Positions 50,659 to 60,000 of a stretch of DNA of 60,000 nt are shown here, one piece after another (positions within the stretch are counted from its first letter, which is position 1; each line of letters begins with the position of its first letter). The DNA lies in NCBI GenBank assembly GCA_028534125.1, contig CM052817.1, forward strand, positions 5,830,001 through 5,890,000, in the 5' to 3' direction. The stretch comes from Lama glama (lineage: Eukaryota). The notes below the pieces were generated by a model. The model saw only the letters and a program-made list of their open reading frames with translations. It did not search any database and had not been told where the DNA came from. The translations under genes and the position numbers were made by a program.

Positions 50659-51827
50659 CTGCAGAGAGAAGGGAAGTCGTTACTTCAGTCTCAGCGTGGG
50701 CAGTGTGGGTGTAAACACTCACTCACTGCAGAACCACGGCAATCTGGGTGACTGAGAAGGAAATTCCACTGCGATCTCTCCTGAGGGAGCCCTGGCTAAA
50801 GCACGGGAGGGGTAAGAAATGACTCAGACTCTGGGAGAGAGAAGAGGAGTCACGAAGGGGCTGTGATGATGGGAAGGGGGGGGAGAAGTCAAGGGAGTAC
50901 TTTCTGTTCCGCTCATCAGTGACAAGGGCCCACTTCATCACTGCCCTGTCATGGCTTTTGTCCCCACGTGTGTCAGCCAGACCCCTCAGCATTCTCTGGG
51001 TACAGGCAGAATTGGGTTCTGCCCCCCCCCCCGACTCCTGTGGAATAACCAGTCTCCTCCGCAGAGTAATTAAAAAGTAAACCCTGTATTTTTTATGTGT
51101 AAAAACTGTTATCTTTACTTTTGGCTAAAACTATGAATGCATCCTAGAAAAATCTGTACATGGAAAAATTTGAAAATGGTAAACTGAGAAAAATTTCACA
51201 TAACTGGGCCACGTGTGGAGTCCCTGAGGCTCAGTGAATGGGCCCTGTGACAAAGTGATCAGGCATGGCTTTGCCCTGGGTCCTCTCATCAGCTGAGGCT
51301 CAGGATGGTGGCACGGCCCCTGGGCAGGACTACACGAGGAAAGTGCTAACGCCGGGGGCTCACTACAGGCAGCACGGAGAGGACACCAGGGCCTGGACAC
51401 CTGGGTCCTGGGGTGGCTTCTGCACTCACAGGGAGGTTTGTCTGACTCTCAACGCCTAGTCTGCCCAGGACAGGTGAGGCGCATGGACATGCTGGTGTGA
51501 CCGTGCCCGAGATGTCCTCCAGGAGCCGTGTCCAGTGAGATGTCCAGCAGGACACGGGGTCTACACACAGGACAGAGCGAGGATGGAGCTCACGGTGAGA
51601 CCAGGCCTGTCCCGTTCTAGCCGGCATCCCAGGAACCCTGCATCTGGCTGAGGTCTGTGCGGGCCGCCTGGACTCTGACCGGGCTCCCGGCCGAGGGCCT
51701 TGCATTAGGAGAGCGAGTGCTCAGGGCAAGAGGTGCGCGGAGCAGAGAACACCGTCACTGGCAGTAAGGGCTACAGGCCAAGGGTCCCATGGGGCTGAGG
51801 CGCATCCGGACCCCGGGCAGCTCTCAC

Positions 51828-51984
51828 CTGTAGTCCCGCAGTGTGAGGCTGGTGTACCGCACCGTGTCATCCATGCTGCAGCTCACCAGCTGCCCGGACT
51901 CGTCCACCGTCATCCTGGACACCTGGTTCGTGTGGCCCTTCCCGGCGAAGGAGTCGTTCTCCCCTGTCTCCGAATCCCAGTAAT
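51828..51984 (-). CDS. WDR1: WDR1 coding exon 10
   Basis: (N)[51 protein letters not shown](S), 157 nt; AC acceptor, GTGAG donor. Confidence 0.96.
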
Positions 51985-53562
51985 GTGGGGCGGAGGGTTA
52001 AGGAAGAGTCCGGCCTCCAAGAGGCAGTGCTTGTCCCCTGGGGAGGCCAGGGCCAGTGCCACGTCCCAGGCAGCACATTAGGGACAGGGACTGGGCACTG
52101 GGCTTGAGGACGTCCGGGTCCAGATTTCAGAGAGCCGACCTTCTGGTAAACCAGCAAGAAGGCCTAACACATGTCAGCAGGCTTCTTATAACCCAGCGTG
52201 CCCACTCAGCCCGCTCATCTACAGAACAGGACCCAGGAGGTCACAGGACTGTGCGGACTGTGATGACGGACTCAGCTCTGTCTGAGATGGGGCTCAGCAG
52301 GAAGCTGTTGTCCCCTGGGGCCCCGTGTAACTGAGCCCACGCTTCCCCTGCTCTTTCTAGCCTGCGATCCAGCCCATGGCTGTGCCACCAGGTAGATGGC
52401 CCTGGGCTGACCCACCTGGGCAGGCCAGATTGGGGGCTGCTGGCGCGGGGCACTCCGGTGAGGTGGGCTGTACGTTACGAGACTTTCCTTTTCCAGTGCA
52501 GACTGTCCACCTAGGAAGCTATGTGCATGTTCCACTGCTAACACATTCTCAAGGGAAGGCCCAGCTCGGTGCTATAGGAGGTTAATGCCACAGTGTGCTG
52601 ACACCGGGGTTGGGCACAAGGGGGCGGTGTCAAGTGGGGACCGGCACTGGGGCAGCTGAGGGCGGCAGGACTGGGGAGGCCTGCACGCTGCTCCAGTGCC
52701 TCCTGTGCCCAAGTATAGTGCAGGCTTGGGCAAGATGCCCCTGCTGTCCCTCCATCTCCTTACACCTGAAGGGGTGGACGGTGACTTGTCTGCCCTCCTC
52801 CCTTGGGGTTGAGGGGAGGCCTTCCCAGTGAGGAAGCCCTGCAGAGACAAGGCAGGGCTGCGGAGGTGGGAGAAGTCCGGGGTTTGGGACAGACCAGGAA
52901 CCAGGCTGACGAGGGAGGGCAGGCCCCTCAGGCAGCACCAGTACCCCTCCTTGGGGGACGGCAGAACCAAGCAGCCACAAGGCCCCACTGAGGCTAGCCC
53001 CTCAGACAACTGCTCCATCGCTTGCCATCCTGGGAGGAGGGGTCACTGGCTCCAGGCCTCCAACGCCAGAACGGGGTTGGTTGTAGGGGTGCCAGGAGAC
53101 ATTACAGAGGGACCAAACAGCACCTCACAGGGAAGGGAAGCTCAGTTCCACACAGATCTGCTGCCGCCAGGAGGTGCGATGTTGGCGAAGGTGCCCTAGC
53201 CATCTGAGTTTCACTTTGCCCATTTTTAAAACAAGGGGACTCTACCAAAAGGCTCTAAGTCCATTGGATTTTAACACATTGATTCTGCTGCTTGTGAGAG
53301 GGGCGAGGCCGGCAGCAGGCCCCGCGCGGGGAGAGGCAGCTCCAGTTCAGGGAAGCTTGGCCGCACAAGCGACCCATCAGGTCAAGGTCAGGGCCCAGAG
53401 CTGGAGGCCCCGTGTGTGGGCCTGGCGGCACCTCTCAGCAGCCAGGACTGGGCAGGAGTCCTGTCGCCACCTGGCTGGCCTCGCTTCTGGCACCGTGGGA
53501 ACAGGAAACTCCCGCCTCTCCTGCCAGGGGCCCGGGAGCCAGCCCTGTGAGTCAAAGGATAT
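51985..53562 (-). other. WDR1: U12-type (minor spliceosome) AT-AC intron of WDR1
   Basis: 5' site ATATCCTTT (53562-53554), branch site TTCCTTAAC (52005-51997), terminal AC (51986-51985). Joining the exons gives the split Asn codon A|AT and restores GHIN-YWDSE. Confidence 0.96.
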
Positions 53563-53650
53563 TAATGTGTCCGTCGTGGCTCCCAGAGTAGATATACGAC
53601 TTGCCGCCGTTTTTATGCACCGTCAGGCACTGGATGGATTTGCTGTGACC
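53563..53650 (-). CDS. WDR1: WDR1 coding exon 9
   Basis: [29 protein letters not shown] plus 1 nt (88 nt); cag acceptor; followed by ATATCCTTT, a U12-type donor. Confidence 0.96.
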
Positions 53651-56096
53651 CTGTGGAGGAGACAGACGGGCGGGTGAGCTGAGGACACGCCATCCTGCCT
53701 GTGACTGTCAACCGCTCTCCCCTGGGTGAGGGGGAGGGAGAGGCCCTCAATGCCGCAGCCCCAGTGGGCCTGAAACACCGCCCACCAGCCTCCTGAGCTG
53801 ACTGACCACCTGACAAACCAGTGACATTCGGACCCTTCCCTCCAAGGCACTCAACCCCAACCCGGGTGGGGACACTAACTGAAGCCCCAGCAGCAGAGCG
53901 TCCAGCCTGCGCAGCCTGACCCAGGCAGCTCCGGCCCTAGAAGGCAATGCTGCTCACCCCGCGGAGGAAGCGCCCCACCCAGGGCTGACCCTCGACAGCG
54001 GTGAAGCAGTGGTGCCCGGGTGCTGGCGGGAGGCGGCGGCGGTGGGGAGCCTCTGGGCCCCGGGGGCCGGAGTACTAGGAGCGGCTCACGGCTTGTCCTC
54101 TACCCAGAAGCACAGCTCGCGACTCCAGCGTGTGTCTTCCGAGAAAGGTCACGCAGTTCTCAGAGACTGGAGAACCAGTAAATGGACCCAAAGTCCCTTC
54201 CATGGGACAGCAATGCACCAGCCCTGCTACTTAGAGCCGGGTCCTCAGAGCAGCGTCGATCCCATCTAGAGTCTTGTCCCTCACAGCCCGGGGACTCAGA
54301 ACTGCTCTCAACAAGAAGCCTGGTGACTTGTGCACGTCCCCTGCCTGGGGCAGCAGCCTCACCTGGAACTTGTGAGAAATGCGAGCTCTTGCACATCCCA
54401 CAGGTGAGCCCTCTGAGTACAGGGGCCCAGCCCAGCTGCCATCTTCTAACAAGCGGGCCCTCACGTGATTCTGATGCACCCACAGGCTTGAGCCAGAATC
54501 ACCTGGGAGACTCTTACAAGTACCAGCCTCTAAGAGCCCTCCCGGCAGGCTCTGATGGGATCCTGCTGGGGCCGGCCAGGCAGCAAGCCTGTTTTGGAAG
54601 CTCCCTACTGGTCTGAACACGTGCCAGGGCCGGGAACTGCTATTCCAACCCCAGCCTGTGCCTGGGCTCACGCACTGCCGACCTCAGCACCAAACACCCG
54701 AGGATTCACGTGCACGCGGCAGGAGAGCTGGGAAGGGTTTCTCTGACAACTGCGAACGCCCACGGGGGTCCTGAGATGACCTGGGGAAGGAACCGGAGCC
54801 TGGCCAGCAGTGCCCATGCCACTGGCAGCAGTGAGTGGTCAGGCCCAGGCCTCCCTCGCTCCCAGGGTGGCTCCAGTCCGGGTGCCAACAATCCGGGCTC
54901 CACGTCGGACGGCCACCAGGCCCATTGTCGGAGAGGCCCATGGGAAGCTGCTTTCGTTGAAAGACAGAATGGGCTGACAGCAATGCCTGAATCTCTAGAG
55001 GAATCTTCCTCCATCGCATGGAGGCCCAGTGAAGCGACTGTCCAGGGGACCCCTCCCAGCTCCGCCAGCTCTGTGCCAGGATGCACACACCTCCACTTTA
55101 TCCTCATCACACTGGGCTGGCAGTCTGTCCGGTAGGTGGTCCCCACGCCCCCATCCTCAGGGCCAAATCAAGTGAACCTTCATGGGAGCGGAGGTGCAGG
55201 ACGGGCACTGAGGGCGTGTGGCTCCTGTACTGGACCGCCCCCCACCCCCGTCAGCAGCACCCCACCTCGACAGGACGCGGCAGGCACCAGGCCCCGCTGG
55301 ACCTTGTGAGCCAGTCACACAGAGTTAAGGAGGCTGAGGCCTGGCTCGGCCTCTTCCTCCCAGGGCAATTGTCCCAGCCCCTGGCCTACACAAACCCTAC
55401 AAAGCCCAGACACCCTCCGGAGCCTGTCCGCACAGCCCTGAAGCAGCTGAGTGAGCAGGGCTGCAGGTCTGGCCTGAGAGGGCTCATGGCGGGGAGGGGA
55501 TGACATGCAGCTCTGCTGTGGAAAGACCCCCCTTGAGAGCACAGCTCAGAATCCTTAGTCAGGGTCACCCTCAAGCTCCACCTACTTCTCCAAGTTCATT
55601 TCCTTCCACTCCCCACCACCCCCTCATGCCTTACCTGCTCTAACCACACAGCACAAGGGCCTCACACTCATTCCCACATTCCAATCCCACACATTGTCAA
55701 GGTCCAGCTCTGAGGCCTGCTGGACCCCCACGTCTGTGGCGATGCCCCACCACCTGCCCCGTCCTGGGACTCAGTCTGTTCCCGGTCCTGCCTCACCAGC
55801 GAGGACGGAGCTGGTGAACTCCCAGCTGAGGGAGGCAGACCTCCTAGGGACAAACGACCCTGACAGCAGGGGCGAGGGCCACTGCCCTGGACCTCAGGCC
55901 CTGAACACCAGCTTTACAGCAGCTCCGGGGGAACTTGGCATCTGGCCTCCCACCTCTGCTAAACTCACATCCCCAAAGCAACCAGCATCCTGCTGTTCCC
56001 AAGACCCCCAGGGCGGAGCCCCTTCTCCACAATGGGGCGCACACTTCCCTCCCGGCCAGGACCTGCCGGCAGAGCCGCTCCTGGGCATGGCCTCAC

Positions 56097-56330
56097 CTTG
56101 ATGACCCGCAGGGGTTTGCTGGGGTTGTTTTTGTCCAGGTAGTTGATGTAGCCAGACAAGGAGATGCTGAGGAGGTGGTCCTTCTGCCATAAGCAGCCCA
56201 GCTGCTGGTCCAGAACGTTGGAGCCCATGGTAAACGTGTTGACGACAGAGTTCATACTGACGTCCCAAATTTTAGAGGTTTTGTCTCCAGAAGCAGAAAG
56301 CAAGTGGGAGCCATCAGGACTCCAGCTGAT
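56097..56330 (-). CDS. WDR1: WDR1 coding exon 8
   Basis: [24 protein letters not shown]...[11 protein letters not shown] (234 nt, overlaps ORF 55965..56303); tag acceptor, GTGAG donor. Confidence 0.97.
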
Positions 56331-56646
56331 CTACTCAAACAAAATGGTGATCAGGTCAGAGCACTGTCGGGGGAAGAGACCTCAGAAAGCAGCTGGTCCA
56401 CAGATCCCCTTTCTGAGCGGGGAGAACCAGGAGGTGATGGAATACGCCAGGGCAAGGACAAGAAGAGGGTCCTGGCCACTGGCCTCTCCAGGCCACATCA
56501 CCCTGTTCCATGTGGCCTACCAGCACTCCACCACTGCCCCTACTTCCAACCCCGCGTCGCAAGCTTCCAACTTCAACCCATGTACGGATGATGGCAGACA
56601 GGCCCGATCACACCAGAGGACCCCACAGACACAAACCCATACTTAC

Positions 56647-56727
56647 GGCATAGATGCCGCCGTCGTGAGCCTTGCTTCCTCCCAGCGCGCACACCTTCTC
56701 TCCCGTCTTTCCGTCGTAGATGTAGAT
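56647..56727 (-). CDS. WDR1: WDR1 coding exon 7
   Basis: [27 protein letters not shown] (81 nt); aag acceptor, GTAAGT donor. Confidence 0.97.
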
Positions 56728-57082
56728 CTTTCAAGAAATACAGATACACGTGGGTCACGGGGACATGTGATCGCTCTCGGCTGTCAGCACGCTCACTGAG
56801 CTCTCCCTATTAATAACTGCTCCATCATCAAGAGTTGGGGACTGTGACTCTTACAATAAAGATTTAATGTAAATTAGTGTTAAAAGCTGAGTTTTGAGCT
56901 CCTTTAAAAGGATCTACCATGCTTTGATGACACAGCTCCTCAATGGAGCTGCATCCCGAGATGGGGGGGAAAGAGGGAGACTTCTAAGTTCTGCACATTG
57001 AGACCAGTTTCCTAAGTCCATCTGCTCTGAACTCACAGAGGACACGAGATGAACCCCCACCTCCACGGCCCTCAGCCCTCAC

Positions 57083-57160
57083 CTGGCCGTCAGCGCTGGC
57101 TGTGGCAAATCTGTTCCCGTCGGGGGAGAATCGCACGCAGTTGACGAAGCGGCTGTGGTC
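57083..57160 (-). CDS. WDR1: WDR1 (AIP1) coding exon 6 (human numbering); upstream exons lie beyond the window
   Basis: Translates [26 protein letters not shown] (26 codons), matching WDR1 from about residue 187; cag acceptor and GTGAG donor. Confidence 0.97.
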
Positions 57161-57968
57161 CTGCAGGAAACGAGACAGTTACCCACCGTCGACAGGCAAG
57201 TTCAGCAAGGCTCTCCGTGAAGTATGCAGCCCATGCCCACCATTAGTGCGGACCATCAGTCCCCGGGAGGCTTTGGAGCTTATTAACACAAGTGCTAAGC
57301 AGACTCGCTGGGAGGTCCGACCCAGCCTGCCCACCTTGGCCAGGCGCATCTCTGACTGGGGGGGCCTCCCTCCGCTGTGGCGGGCCCCCTGATCTCTGCA
57401 GACAGAAATGGCCCACCTCCCTCCGGCCCCAGAGGAGCTCAAGCCCAAACTTCCTCTGCTTAGTGAGGCTGGGAACAGGAGGCTCTTCCCCGAGCCCCTA
57501 GGGCCTGGCCCCAACCCAGCACACAGCAGGCATTTGGTGGGCATTTGCTGAACCAACTGAGGTTTGTAAAGAAGTTAAACAGCAGTTATGACCTTCATGG
57601 GAAGAGTCTGAGTGACTCAGGAGACATGGCCTCAAGGAGCGATTCTGTCATCCAAGTAAGCAAATGACCTCACTCTTTCCTCAGTCAAGAAGGGTTTGCC
57701 TCAGAGAATGACCCTTTGAAAAACCCATAAGCCACCCACAGGACCCCAGCCCTTCTCCCTCCTCAGCTGCAAGCACACGCTGAGCGTTAGTTACCAACTC
57801 TCCTCCGTGCACGGGGTTAGTTGCCTCTAAGGATACGAACACACAACCTGCAAGAAAGGCAACTTGACTCAACGCACATCACCTGCCCCCATCGACCCTC
57901 CAAACAAATCCCTGGCAATTTTAAACTGCGAGCTGCTGGCGTGGAAGGGACGGCGTGTGTTTGATCAT

Positions 57969-58210
57969 GTGATGGGTTGAGCTGTGTCCTGAAGAAATAG
58001 GCTGAAACCCCAGGTACCTGTGATTGTGACCTTATGGGAAAGAGGGTCTCTGCACACGCAGTCAAGTTAAGATGAGCTCCTCAGGGTGGGCCCTAAGCCA
58101 ACACCCTGGTGTCCTTCTGGGGAGAGGGAGACGTGGACTCGCTGCAGACACAGGGAGACACCACGTGAAGATGGAGGCAGAGACTGACTGGGTGATGCTC
58201 CCACGGCCAC
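57969..58210 (+). mobile_element. MLT1 LTR 5' part
   Basis: tgtgatgggttgagctgtgtcc...gtgaccttatgggaaagagggtctctgca...ccacgtgaagatggaggcagagact. Confidence 0.75.
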
Positions 58211-59774
58211 GAACGGCCAGTTTTGCCTTCTTAGTGTCCTGTGTCTGCTCAGTCTGCTTCTCAGGCCCACCTTTCCTGCTCCGAGGCTTGTGTTCTGAGC
58301 TGGGAGACAACTGCTTCCCAGCAGGCACGCAAACCGCCAAAATGAATGAAAGTGAAGATGAATCAACTTTCCCAGCAGGAATCCGTCAGGCCCTCTGACT
58401 GTTGTTCCTCCGTGACTGTCACTCACCTGTCATCCTCCCACCTCCAGGGGCCCCCTTTTCTTTTTTTTTAAATTCAGGAGACAACAAGGCCCAGAGAGGC
58501 TGGGTTGTGAGAACACAGGTCTCCAGTTTCTCGTCAAGAGCTCTGGACCCCACCGTGCTGGCTCTGGGCCCTGGACAGAAGGCAGGCAGGCCAGGCGAGG
58601 AGCCACCCAGAGGTCAGATCCTTAACTCTTCAGGCCGAGTGCCACTGCTCTGCTGTCCCTACACCTGTAAGGGAGCCAGCTGCACATCGAGGCCCACGTC
58701 CCTCTGTCCCTATCAGCCCCGGGCTGGTTCAGACCCAGTGGTAGGAGGATTTCTGGGGCCAAGCCCCCCAGGCTTCTCTCAGTCCTCCCAGAACTGCCCA
58801 GTGGGGAGGACAGGCAGGCAGGAACAACTCGTTCTGGATGAGCTCAAAGGAAAAGCTCTTCAGTGACAAAACCACAGTCGCAATCCTGGACATCTGCCCA
58901 AATGTCTGGTCCTCTCGTGTCTGACCTCTGCTAGCTCACCGTCCCTGGTTCCAGTTTCCTCCACTGTGAGGTGGACGCGGGAGGGGGCTGGGACCAGCTC
59001 CCCACCCTGGTGCCTGAGACTGATGGAGACCCGGCCAGACTTCCCCCCAAGAACCAGGATGCCGAGAGCTCACAGCAGTGGAGCAGACCTCAGGGCCAAA
59101 TGGGGGCGATAGGGTGTGACAGTGGGGGGTGACTGCTCTTTACTGGGCATGAGGATACACTGGGAACCAGAGGGACACCCAGCCACCGTGCAATTCTCAT
59201 TTGCCAAACTCCTGTTTCTCTGGTCCCCGAGAGGAGAGCAGGAGCACCCCCCACACAGCCCAGCTCAGAGGTCGGAGTACCCGTCGGTGCTGCTGCCCCT
59301 CCCCTTCCCGGACTGCCTGCCCCTCTCAGCTCTGATGCTTCAGGGACATCACACATGTGGACACCATCTGTCCATCTTCCCACTGGGTGCAGACCGGACA
59401 GGGCACAGGCCCCCCCGGGGACTGGGCGCTGTGGCTTCAGAAAGTCTTCCTGGTCAGCTTTTCCTGCAACTCAAGCCAAGAGCCCAAATGGACAGGAGAC
59501 TGATGTTTGGTCCTGAAATAGCCCATTTAAAGGGAGGAACAGTGAGCAGCCCATTAACCAAAAAAGTGTGGGCTAAAAATAGCCCACACTGCAGGGAGGT
59601 GAGGCCAGAGTACAGAAGAGGACTGGGTGTGGGGGAACATCATGGGCGCTTTGGACGATTGAGTCCCTATCCTTCCCTCTCTCCCTTCCACCCTAGAAAG
59701 GCTCTGGCCACCCCCTGGGGTGAAGGGCCCGGGTGCCTGGTCCCCTCCAACACACCGCAGCGCTGGCGGGACTG

Positions 59775-59930
59775 TGCTAGTGGATCTGCCCGGAACCTCC
59801 CCACTGTCATTACCTCCCCACACCCTGTTATTACCCATCCCCCACATCGTTACCTCCCCAATCCTGGCATTACTTCCCATCATTCCCCTCTCCCCACACC
59901 ATCACTGCCTCCCCCTCCCCTCCCCCCACC
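59775..59930. repeat. C-rich imperfect tandem repeat (ttacctcccca-like units)
   Basis: cattacctccccacac, tattacccatccccc, cgttacctccccaat, cattacttcccat. Confidence 0.7.
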
Positions 59931-60000
59931 ACTGAGAAATCGGAGCTGGGAACAATTAGCTAATAAGTAGGTAATGCACCAGGGTCCACGTCACTGACAG

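Noticed and set aside
56164..56799. 211-aa plus-strand ORF, and similar ones at 45122-45652 and 53174-53677
   Set aside because: Antisense shadows of WDR1 exons in GC-rich DNA.
59116..59970. 284-aa ORF
   Set aside because: Antisense within a GC-rich WDR1 intron, Pro-rich from a C-rich repeat, no recognisable domain.
1..60000. CRISPR arrays, operons or other prokaryotic systems
   Set aside because: The sequence is mammalian intron/exon DNA with no regularly spaced repeat-spacer array.

Overview
Mammalian genomic DNA, most likely camelid (several tRNA-derived SINEs of the Vic-1 type), covering the WDR1-SLC2A9 junction with both genes on the minus strand. The 3' part of WDR1 (AIP1) is present as ten coding exons (6-15 by human numbering, 57160 to 41571, 420 codons plus stop, intact frame). 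One of its introns (51985-53562) is a minor-spliceosome AT-AC intron, and its 3' UTR has several poly(A) signals. Downstream lie the 5' exons of the urate transporter SLC2A9/GLUT9: the short-isoform start exon (23340-23440), the long-isoform start exon (18127-18240) and the first shared exon (15530-15628). The rest is intronic or intergenic and rich in L1, L2, MaLR/ERV LTRs, Tigger1, hAT elements and microsatellites, with a 500-N assembly gap. I see no new multi-gene system. The best leads are a Tyr-to-Cys change in the GLUT9 TM1 motif, a remodelled GLUT9 long-isoform N-terminus, a compact DR1/forkhead/HNF1 motif cluster, two promoter-like CpG-rich segments inside SLC2A9, and a GAGTAG acceptor that could insert a stop codon into WDR1. 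Reference proteins and repeat families are recalled from memory, not searched.
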